64,000 bases of DNA from Chiloscyllium plagiosum (lineage: Eukaryota): the NCBI RefSeq assembly GCF_004010195.1, contig NC_057719.1, positions 63,698,602 to 63,762,601 on the forward strand, written 5' to 3'. The notes under the pieces were generated by a model. That model did no database searches. It was not told where the DNA came from and saw nothing but the letters and a program-made list of their open reading frames with translations. Shown here in pieces: positions 39,556-51,000 of this stretch; position 1 is the stretch's first letter, and every line of letters begins with the position of its first letter. The position numbers and the translations under genes were made by a program.

Positions 39556-42173
39556 TAGATTTTAATAATTCCAAGCATAAATTACTTTGTTTTTGCACAT
39601 AGCCAAAAAAATTCAGTTTTGATGCCGCATATAATAATCTAGTCCCAAAGGTTTCTACCCCGTACATAGAAACTAAGCCTTGTGTACTTCAGCAACCAGC
39701 ATTTGTAATGCTACAGTTATATTCTAAGGACAATTGCACTTTGGGAGAACTTAAAAAAATCCAGGAAGATCTGTTACAGCTTTTGCCATTGTAATTTCAT
39801 GATTTAACCAATGAAATTACTTGTATTATACTGAATTGCAAGTTCATGATGCAAATGCAGTAATTACATTCTACACTGAGAGCAATTTGACGAAGGATTT
39901 GGCTTGAGCCAAATAGTCTCAGAAAGTATGTTCTGCATTGCTTAAATTTGCAACACATAACATTATTTGGGAAGACAGTAGAAGATGAATTTGTGGAAGT
40001 TTTTGAAGCCAAGAACACTGCTTCACATCTCCATTGAATGTCAGGCGAGTTTGTTGCTTCAAATCCCAGCTTCATTTTCAAAAGTTCAGAGAGCCTGCAA
40101 GACTGAAGCTGATGTCCTTGACAAAATTTTAATTTCTAAAACAAGTTATATTGTCAGAGATTTGTAGATACATTTTTAACATTTCTCACATTTGACTTGC
40201 GTTCTTACCCAAAATGGCTCCCAATGTTTAGTACATGGAAGTTAGAATGTGGTTTAAACCTGACCATTTAAAAATAGGACATTGTTCACAAACCAGAATT
40301 CTGTGCATTCATCATAAGCTATAGGGCTTTGAAAAATTTAATTTATCATCAGTGCTATCCCCTTAAGCTGCACAGTCTTTAATGCCGATTAATTGCCAAC
40401 TTCATCACCATCTAAGTGTCTTTAGGTCTGTATTGCTGTAATTTTAAATGGTTTCAGCCTCATGCTTCATGGAAATATCGCAACACTCCTAGAATGCTTT
40501 CCATAATATCATGTTTCAACTGTTATTTCTGCACTGGCTTCTTCAACAAGACAGTTTACTTTGACGTTGTGCATGTGTGCATCCTTAGTCCTCCTTTATT
40601 TCCCTCATCCACTGAGTATAATTAGCTTGCCTTTCAGTATTCCAATCTACATTAATCAACTATGGTAGCCTTCCCAAACTGCACTTTTGTCGACACAAAC
40701 ACAGCTTTAAAACTCACTTCAGATTGCTTAACAAGTGGTGTTTTACATTGTAGCTTCTTGGTTCTACTCATCTATTTCTATTCTGTGTGTATTACACTCA
40801 GTCTTCCTTAACTAAAATGGTTGTAAAGCAGCATGTGCATGGCTTAATACCCTTTGGGAACAGTTTCTGAATTAAGAACTTATGCTTGCCAGATCATTAA
40901 GACTGTGTGCAATTGAACAAAATGCTAATCATGTTGGATGAGCTGTTAGTTGAATTCTTGATTCTGCTATGAATTATTGCAAAACTGCAACCAAATGAAA
41001 TGAATTCAAAGCAAAAATGAAATAGTACAGATCAGACCATCAAAACTAATAACCACAGATGGGGAAATGCCAAATATAAAGTTGCTGGTACTTTTGCTTG
41101 TAAATGGAAATCCTTTGTCTATTGTTCATGTTTATGTGAAATCAGGTGGCCCAACTGTTCAAATGCCCTGAAATTATTCTGATGTAGAATTCAGTTATGC
41201 CTCAATTGATTTAAATAGTTTAAGATCTTGAACTCTAGCAATTTTCATCCTGCTGCTTGTTAATGATGAAAGACCTTTTATGCCATGCATGAATGTTCTG
41301 ATGCTAAGACTAGGTCAAAGAGTACTACTTTCGATTGGCAAAATTCATATGCCTATCATATGCATATTGTATGATTTTTGTGCTATTTTTAATCTTGAAG
41401 TACTCATGCATGAATAGTATCAATTAGAAGATCTACCGTATAAATGTGTTACATCATGTTGGAAGAAGGTTCATATCCATCACCTCTCCCTTATGCCACA
41501 ATGTCACTGTGAACAAACTGTGGTGAAGGGACAATAAGAGGCCAAATATTTTGCCTGGAGGATGAAAGAAAAGTGAGGAGTCATTTCTGTGCAACTATAT
41601 TGTGACCAATTTGAGAGCAACATTGTTGAGGCCCTGAAGCAAATTTCTTGACCTGAAAATCCAAGATGGGACGGCGCACAAGGAGCTGACAACAAATAAC
41701 ATGGCTCAAAGAAAAGAGCAATCTTATTTAAGTTATGGTAAGCAAGAACACACATTTTCACCCCATGCATTCTACAGAATGCAATGATAGAATGCTGAAA
41801 CTCATGGTGTATCACAGATCACCCAGTTCCCATAACATCCAGCCTTTTTCTAGCTCAGCCAGGTCTTTCCCATTGGGTGTACCTGCCATCAAATACACAA
41901 AAAGGTTGACCTCTTAATAACTTAGACAAACAGAGTTACAATGAAGTACTTGTGATTCATTTGCAATTTGTGGGCTCCTGGGGGTGGAGCATATGGGATG
42001 AAAGCACCAGCCAATGGAACAGTATCTGGTGTGTTCTGACCATCTGTATGTAAAGAAACATTAACCAATCGAAATTACTGATTCAGCACCGGTGTGGCCA
42101 TAGCAATACCATTTTGAACATAAGCATTAATTTTAATGTAAAATACTTTTCATCCACTTGCACTTGCGTATTT

Positions 42174-42312
42174 GCAAGGTTTGTGAAGGTTTTTAGCTCA
42201 GGTTGAGGTTTAGGGTGTAGGTTTGCTCGCTGAGCTGTAGGTTTGATATCCAGACGTTTCATTACCTGGCGAGGTAACATCATCAGTGGCGACCTCCAAG
42301 TGAAGCGAATAC
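42174..42312 (-). mobile_element. 139-bp Penelope-like insertion with 15-bp TSD
   Basis: TGCACTTGCGTATTT at 42159-42173 and 42313-42327; contains a hammerhead motif. Confidence 0.82.
42250..42289 (-). ncRNA. Minimal hammerhead ribozyme motif
   Basis: CCA-CUGAUGA-U-GUUACCU(CGCC)AGGUAAU-GAAA-CGUC-UGG: 3-bp stem I, 7-bp stem II, full core, GUC triplet. Confidence 0.75.
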
Positions 42313-43214
42313 TGCACTTGCGTATTTATGTAGCAGATATCTACAATACCACCGCTTGATGTAAAAGTCTTTTTCTTTCAGTATTGCTTGGAATTCTCAT
42401 ACAAATTTATTAGGCATAGCTGATCTCAGTACATTTTATGCTTTTGTGCAGGAATTGCAATCAGTGCTTTAGTTCCAAAAGCATGTTTGCTGAGAATTTG
42501 ACATGTGCCCAACCAACCTGAATCAAATTTGGAATTCACTTTGGCAGCAACAATTCTCAAGCCCAGATACAGTATTCTCACTCAGTCATGATACATCTGC
42601 ACTGTTTCAGAGATGGTCTCAGTCATTTTCCTACTTTGCCAGCAGTAGCAGGTGTATGTTTCCACACAGGACAGCACTATTAGTTTCTGCATGTCAGCAA
42701 TGTCAAAGCAGAAAGTAGATTGCATTTCTCATTATCTGAATAGCCTGACTGAAACAAGTGAAGTCAATCAGTCTCCTACAGAGCACACACTTATTCATGC
42801 AGTCTCATATGTACGTACCTGTGAACTATGAGAAATCAAGAAATAATTAAAAAGGTAAAAGTGAAAATGTTATGATACTATGGAAGTGTAATGAGTAGCA
42901 TCAAATAATTAAAATATGTCTTTGAGATGTAGAGTGAGTATGAACAGCAAGGAGGAGACAAAGCAAGTAAAGAGAAGTATGTTCGCAGAGCAGACTCCTG
43001 CATTCTGAATAAAAGCAGAGAAAGATGCTGAAGATCTGAAATAAGAACAGAAAATGCTGGAGAAACTTAGTAGGTTTGGTAACATCTGTGAAGAGAGAAA
43101 CAGAAATTAACCTTTAAAGTCTGGTTTTCAGAACTCGAGCATTCTGGGTGCTGATTTAGAGACAGCAAGAAAGTAATCGGACACCGAGATGCAGATAAGC
43201 TAAAAGTTGTGATA

Positions 43215-43497
43215 TTAGATTAGATTAGATTCCCTACAGTGTGGAAACAGGCCCTTCAGCCCAACCAGTCAACACCAACCCTCTGAAGAGTAACCCACCC
43301 AGACCCATTTCTCTCTGACTAATGCCCCTAACACTATGGGCAGTTTAGCATGGCCAATTCACCTGACCTGCACATCTTTGGACTGTGGGAGGAAATCTGA
43401 GCACCCGGAGGAAACCCATGCAGACACTGGGAGAATGTGAAAACTTCACACAGTCACACAAGGCTGGAATCAAACCTGGGACCCTGGTGCTGTGAGG
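43215..43497 (-). mobile_element. HE1-type SINE, 5'-truncated
   Basis: (GATTA)n tail and core on the - strand. Confidence 0.88.
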
Positions 43498-44009
43498 ATT
43501 TCCAGTATCCTCCCTCGTCAACAGTCTTTACACAGAGCCACACAACCAGCAGAAGGAAAATTGGATGCCATCAGTCTGTGTGAATTCAGAGCCAGACCCC
43601 TAAGGTAGAATGACAGTTTCCCAACTGTTTCCTGTCAGTTTTATTCATTCTGTGAAACACTGTAACAATTAGTTTTTCACTGCAGCATTAACAAAGAAAG
43701 ACACATTGAACTTTTATGATCAAGTGTTGAATTTGATAACTGTTCTTGAAGTTAGTAAATCTTGGTAATGTTATTGTGATTAAGTGCATTAATGTGGCTG
43801 GCTGATATGTTGTTGAATTTTTACTTTAGAAACTTAGGTTTTGGTGGCAAAGGCACCAATACAGCACACAGTTATTTGCACTGTGTGGTACACATCGTAG
43901 GCAAACTGCAAACAGTGTTAATAAGTACTGATACATTCAGATGGTCTTAAAAAATACAGAATATACGGCAATTGTTGATATCCAGCAACACAAGCCAGTT
44001 GTGTAATGT

Positions 44010-44600
44010 CATTTACAGAGTAGATAGTAAGAAACTATTCCCGTTGGTAGACAGATGGAGGACCGGAGGACATGCATTTAAGGTGGTGAGCAAAAGCAGC
44101 AATGTTGATCCGAGGATAAATCACTTTAATGCAGTATGTGGTCAGGAATACACTGCCTCAGTGTGTAGTAGAGGCAGATCCAATTGTGCCTTTGAAAAAA
44201 AGTCATTACCTGAAGAAGAAAAATAATAGAGGTATGCAGTGGAAAGGGCAGGGGGAATGCCTGCTCTTACGGAGAGGAGACACTAACGTGGGCAGCTGAA
44301 TGGCCTCCTTCAGTGCCCTAATCTTTCTCTAATTCTGTGGTAGTCATGAATAAATTGTGTAAAGAATTCAGAAGAAACTCCTTATCCAGGGAATAAATAG
44401 AATGTGGAGCTTGTTGCCACGGACAGTACAATACTTGAGGTGAATATGATAGATGCCTTTAAAGAGGAAGCTAGTCAAGTGCAAGAGAAAGGAATTGAAA
44501 GAGATGCAGATAGTTTGAAGTGAAATAGGATGTGAGGAGACTTGTGTGGCGAGAGGGGTTTGGTCATAGGTTATATTTCTGTGCTGTAAATTCATTGTAA
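44010..44600 (+). mobile_element. Two tandem degenerate CR1 3' ends
   Basis: RVDSKKLFPLVDRWRTGGHAFKV, followed by a second ...aatgtggagcttgttgccac...ttcattgtaat end. Confidence 0.6.
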
Positions 44601-46905
44601 TCCCATGTACTTGGTGGAATTACTGGTTTCCTTTAAATAATAATTCACATTAAATCTGCTACCATATTCTGGAAAAGGTGCGAAAGAATGTGCTTTGTTT
44701 TGCTGTTTGAAATTTAAATTAGTACTTTTTCTTTTGATCCAACATTACTGTATAAAATGCAGTTAAACAAAGTTGTCACATTTCCAGCAATGTTTCTGTT
44801 ATTATATTGTCTATCATTTGAAGAGCAAATACAATAATTATTTAAAATTCTTTGCAACCCACATAGGTTAAAGCACCTCTGGTGTCTGGTAATTCATCTA
44901 AACTAGCAATTCTTTCAAATTGTGACAAATCGGAATTAATTAATTCACTATAATTGGATCTCTGAATGCTGATTGTGTTACTTTGACACTGATTGTGTTA
45001 GTTTCACCTCTTTCTGAGGTAAATTAATGTTAAAATAGTCTACTAGAGCACCTTTGTTTTCTGACTGATTTCATTTTCCTCCTCCTCTGTTTCAGGTTTA
45101 TGGCTTTTTCCATGTTTAACAGGAACTAATAGCATGTACATGTAAGCCAGCAATAAGTCCAGCTCCTGTATGGTATCTGGGAATTCATCTGCTCACCCTT
45201 CCTCATAAATTGACCCTTCCAAATCCCTGAGCAACCCTGGATTCTTCAAATGTAGTGTTCACGATGCTCAAACCAATAGCAAAAATGATACATGGTAGGT
45301 CTTTAACGAAAAATGAGGTGAATACAGCAGCATAGGCAACTAGGAGGAGGAGGAGGCGGCAAAAAGTGAAAACAGAAAAAAAGATAGTCGTGGAAATAGT
45401 CGTAGATGGAGAAAGCAACAGCCAATTTTGCAACTACATTTGTCTTGTTATTGGTGACATCTTTGTGAGTGTACATTTAAATGGATGTATATGTCAAAGG
45501 AATGCAGAAGAGGATGGATCTTTATTTGAGAATACTTGTAACTAAAGTCACAGATTGACCCCCTTCTCTGCTTACCCCCAATAAATAATAGGTCAGACAT
45601 CATTACTGTTGATCAAGGAAACAGCTTCATTAGCACATAATGTTTTCCAAACTCAACAGTCAGAGCAGCCTGATGCTAGTGACACTTGAATGAGTATGAC
45701 AGGTGTGATATCCGAAGCGCTGTTCAGTTTATATAGATAGCGCTGTACAGATGTTTATTAAATGTGAATATACTGAAGTCAAAGATGTAAATATGCATTC
45801 AATGTGGCATTCTATTTTTATAAATAAATTGAGACAGATGTTGCTCTAGTATTTGAGATGAACTGTACATTTTTCTCCATCTTCACTTTTTCATGTCTCA
45901 CTACTGTTTATATTGCATTTCTGTTGTTTTTCTTATGCCATTAATCTCTTGCCTAAGTTTTTTCTCTGATTTTCATTATCAGACAAATGGGTGGGTGCCT
46001 TAAATAATGCTGTTAAGGGTAATACGTACATATAAATGGAAGGCTAAATAAAGAAGTTGCAAATGCAGTACATCAGTCTTCATCACCAGCGCATTCTTAA
46101 GCTATGCTTCCTTTGTCTTGTAAGCTAATTGTATGGATGTCCATCCGTCCCATCCTAGTTCGATAGCAACAACAGGATTACAAAGCAATTGAACTGCATT
46201 CATTTCTCATTCAATGTCACCATTCTTTTTTCTATTCTTTACTCTTGTTTTCATGTAACTGAAAGAATCTTCCATAGTATGTTTTTAGTCTTTCAAAAAT
46301 GTATAGTTCGGGCAACTTGGTCAATCCCAATCATGTTCCTAAAGGCTTGTTATTGTTAGTTCTTCAAGGAGATTCAGCTTTGATTCATTCCAACCCACAC
46401 ATAAGTTATTGTGCAGATCTGTCAATTACTTTACACTGACAGGTCTGACGTTCGGGTAAAAACAGTAAAATGCCGTTCATCGAAAGAAAGTGAGAGGGAC
46501 GTTGACTGGGACTAGGCATGTTCATGTTTATATAATTAACAAAAATCACTGTGCAAAAATATAATGGTGTAGGATTATAGTGGGGAATGTAGCATGCTGT
46601 ACAACTGATATTTATTTTATGTTCTTTTAAGCTCCTTTCTGTGCTTTATGGCCCTTTTTTGCTTGAATCAGCAAGCAGTTCCTGCCTGTTTTCCCAGTCT
46701 TGTGTGTGGGTTAATGCTGGTGGTTCCACAATTTGCATGTTTTCTCGTGTGTTAATAGCAAGTGCGTTTGAAAAGTGTAAAAGGCCAAATCTATATTAAA
46801 CCTCTCATTAGTTCTTTTGTTTACTATTTCATTTCTTAAAGAAATTTATTAGATTTCTGAGCTTCTCTGTTCATTATAAATCTTTTGTTTTTGTTTACGC
46901 ATTAG

Positions 46906-46968
46906 CTCCACCATAGGTTGGAAGGGCTTAAAGATGAACTCAGAAGGCATAGAGGATACAACTCGCGA
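46906..46968 (+). CDS. GPHN: Gephyrin alternative cassette exon, C4d-like (21 aa, LHHRLEGLKDELRRHRGYNSR)
   Basis: T-rich tract ending gtttacgcattag; 63-nt phase-0 exon; CGA|gtaact donor. Matches recalled mammalian LHSRLEGLKDELWRNRGYNLR. Confidence 0.93.
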
Positions 46969-47644
46969 GTAACTATTACTGATCTAAGGAGCTTCTACCA
47001 TTCGCAAACTTTGCTTTGCGCTATGAGTTCTAGCTCCTTGCTATTCTATCTATGTGAAGATTCTTGACTGTCTGTTTCTCCCACCTTAACACTGTCCACT
47101 AGTCTGCGCCTTGAACATTTGTCTTAGAACTTTCAATTATCATTTTCGCATTTAGAGCCTCCTAATTCATATATGGTGTAATTCTTGGTGTTTTGTGTCT
47201 GTGTGTGTGTGTGCGTGTGTATGTATGTATGTTTATATTTCTAAAGAATATTGCTAGCTCCAGAACACACAAGCCCTTCTACATGGATTAGTTTATTGCA
47301 ACATGCCACATTCATTTCTGACACTTTTCTTCCTTCATGCAGTTTTCATGGCTATTTATGCTTAGCAGATCTGATGCAACTTTTCTTTGAGCTATGATGT
47401 TTTGTCTAATAACTTTTGCCTCCATTTTGATGGGTTTCCAGATTTCATGCTTTTGCATTTTAATATTCTAGGGCGAGGAATCATAAGCTTCCCCATTATA
47501 GCATCTTCGCACAAACTTCATTTCATCGTGGTGATCCAGCTTTGTTCATCATGATCTATGCTGTTATAACTCACTGCATGTCTGTTTGTTTGAGGCATCT
47601 GTTCATAATATAGTCTTAAAAAATAATGTCTATTCTCCCTGCAG

Positions 47645-47687
47645 GTCCAGTCACGATGCAGCAGCAAGGAAAATATCCTGAGAGCCA
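47645..47687 (+). CDS. GPHN: Gephyrin constitutive exon at the end of the C-domain (VQSRCSSKENILRA, then split Ser codon)
   Basis: tattctccctgcag acceptor; 43 nt; CCA|gtgagt donor. Peptide is identical to the recalled vertebrate gephyrin VQSRCSSKENILRAS preceding the E domain. Confidence 0.96.
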
Positions 47688-48032
47688 GTGAGTACTTAAT
47701 CTAGCTTTTGATCACTGCATAATATTTAGAAGGTGTTTAAAAACATTCAGTCTTAAGGCAGCTGTTCCTTGACATTAGACATCAATCTAACTAAAAGTAT
47801 TTTGGTTTTTGAGTATTGATGAAAAGAATAGAGAATTCATCAAGAAACTGTCATTCCCATATTTTTGTTTAATTCAAACAAGGTACAGTGCTTGGATTTG
47901 TTTTGTTTCCTGCAGAAGACAGGTCCAGCATATTTTTATTTTACTACAGCTAAGTGTATTTAGAATAGGCAGGCAGCGGGATTAAAAGAGGGAGCACCAC
48001 ATCTATCTGTTGACTATCTTAGAAAAGACAGT

Positions 48033-51000
48033 TGTGGTGATTGTAACGAGGTCGCCCAGCTGAACCTCATAGAATGTGAGCTCCTTGATTGGGGCTGTTC
48101 ATTAGGGACCCCTGGCTGACAAATTAAACAGAGGAATGTCCGAGATTCTGATATTCTGCGTGCTGACTCTGACATGGCTGTGGCAGAATCAAGGACTTTT
48201 CATCTATAAATAAAGGGTGACTTGGTGTTGGATACCGACCTCTGGAGTTATTTCAGTGCATATGAGTGGCAATAATGATGTAACTGTGCAAAAGCGCTGA
48301 AGCTCAACTAGACTTCAAACAGGCACTACACTGGCTTTATCATTGGAAAATGCAGCAAGTAGACACAGGAATTGTAGGTTACTTACATGGAAGTGGACAC
48401 TTTTGCCAGTCCACCTAAGCTTGGAGATCACCACTTGAGTGCAGGCAATTGCATAGCATCAGTCAAGACATACCCTAATTGGAGGGACTCTAGGTCAGCC
48501 CACAGCAAACCTCCAAAATAAAGCCAAGCCTTGGCCAATGGTTAAAGTTTTCTTTAGGGTATGGGCTAGGAAGCCATTGTAGTTGCTACCGGTATGTAGA
48601 TTCGAGACAGCAAAAGAGTCCTACTAGACCTAAATTGACTAAGGGAACTCACAGACCTATATCCAGGAGAGTTCATACGCTGAAAAGTCCATCTACATCT
48701 GAGTTGGAGAAGTTAAATTGCTGAGCAACATCCAAATCAGAACCAACAAAATAAACGTCTGGTTAAATGGTCATCCAGTTCTAATGGAGATCAATATGGT
48801 GTGGCTGTGTCAGTGATTGCAGAATCAGTTTTAACAAAATTCATTCTGGACTCCAACCCTTAAGTTTGCACAGGACCTTGGCTAGACTGAGAACCTATAC
48901 CAGGGAACTTTTACAGATTAATGGTACAACTTTGGTTCCAGTTTCTTGTGAAAAGCAGCTGGTTCAATTACCGCTGATTGTAATAAACGGCTTGGGCCCG
49001 AGCTTGATGGGGTGAAATTGGTTCAAAGAGATTCACCTAGATCAGCTCAACATTTTTCAGTTAGAAAATGGTTGCCAGAGTGAAGGTCCAATAAGATGTC
49101 TTCCAGCAAGGTCTAGGGACTAACAGAGGAACCAAGGCTACCTTGCCAGCTTGAACGTTGACCAGAAGCCATTTCTGCCCAGCCATCCCAATGTCATTTT
49201 CTCTCTGGGCAAAAATATAGGCAGAAATCAGAAGACTGGAAGTGAAGGAATCATCAAACCAGTCCAATTTGCAGAATGGCTAGCACCATTTGTACCGATT
49301 GTAAAGCCCTACAGGTTGGTTCGCCTTTGTGGGGACTCCAAACAGTGGGGACAGTAAACCACGTTTTGCAACTGGATGAGTACCCAACCCCTCAGATAGA
49401 GGATTTGTACGCAAATCTGACAGGGTTGCTGTCCTTCATGAAGCTGGACTTGAGCCACGCATACTTGCAATTGAATTTAAATGAGGATTCTCAGAAGTAT
49501 GCAACAAATAACACCCATAGGCTTTGTACCGATAACACAAGCCTGCCATTTGGAGCATCGTCAGTCTCTGCAATTTTTAAACAGATGCTGCAGAACATTT
49601 TGCAAGGTCTACCTCAGGTTGCCATTTAGATGACATGCTAATAACATTATTAAGGAGCTCTTAAAGAACTTGAGTATATTATTTAGATGTTTTTCTAAGG
49701 TGGGCGTACACCTATGAAGGGTAAAATGTGAGTTCCAGTCCCCTCAAGTGGCCTACCTGGGCTACAGAGTTGACAAGACCGGATTATACCATTGGAAGAT
49801 AAAGTAGGGGTAAACAAGGTGCCCTGGCTCCCACATATATCCAGAAGCTTAGATCATTTCTCAGGCTGATGAATTATTATGGGAAGTTCATACATAATCA
49901 GGCCTGCATCCTGGCACCTTTGCATCAACTCCTAAAAAAGATTATATTAGATTAGATTCCCTACACTGTGGAAATAGGCCCTTCCATCCAACAAGTCCAC
50001 ACCAACCCTCTGAAGAGCAACCCACCCAGACCCATTCCTGTACATTTACCCCTGACTAGCGCACCTAACACTACGGGCAATTTAGCATGGCCAATTCACC
50101 AGACCTGCACATCTTTGGACTGTGGGGGGAAACCGAAGCACCCGGAGGAAACCCGTGCAGACACAGGGAGAATGTGCAAACTCCACACAGACAGTCACCC
50201 GAGGCTGGAATCAAACCTGGGACCCTGGTGCTGTGAGGCAGCAGTGCTAACCACTGAGCCACCGTGCCACCCCTAAAAAAGAGTCAGCCTTGGATTGGTT
50301 GCATAGCCAAGTGAAAGCTTTCAGTCAAGTGAAGAAAGCTATCACCCTTTGGCACACTATCAGTCCACGAGACCTGATATTGATGTTCAATTCCTCCCTG
50401 TACAGAACCCGGGTGGTATTAACTCATAGGTGGCCCAATGGAGAGGAACACCCAAGAGAGTATGCATCCTGGATTTTAGCTAAGGCAGAACATAACTATG
50501 CCCAGATAGAGAAAGAAGGATGGGGACTCATATTTCGAGTCAGAAGGTTCCACTAGTACCTTAATGGATGAAGATTGATCATAATACGAGATCACAAACC
50601 TGAGCTAGGTCTATTTATAGAGGACAAGGCAGTGCCGTCCATAGCTTCAGGCTGAATTCAGAGGTTGGCTCTAATCTAAGTGCCTATAATTAGAAGTTAG
50701 AACACTGTCCTTAGAAGTTAGAACACTGTCCGGGAGGCCATGTAGCAAAAGTGGACGCATTGAGCTGCCTCCCATTGGCAGATACACCACTAGTGGTACC
50801 ACCAATAGAAGAGTTGGTTTTTAAATTTTCTGAACACACTTCCAGTCACAGCTGACAATATCAGACTTAGGATGCAGAAAGATCCAGTCCTGTCAGAATT
50901 GAAATAGCTGGTGATGAAGGGGTAAATCAAAGGACAATCGCAACCAGAATTGAAACCTTTCTGGACCAAGAGAGACTAGATCACAGTAGAGGATGGCATA

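Noticed and set aside
46406..46459. Alternative reading LLCRSVNYFTLTGLTFG* from an ataag acceptor
   Set aside because: Weak AAG acceptor and in-frame stop; the CAG acceptor at 46416 is more plausible.
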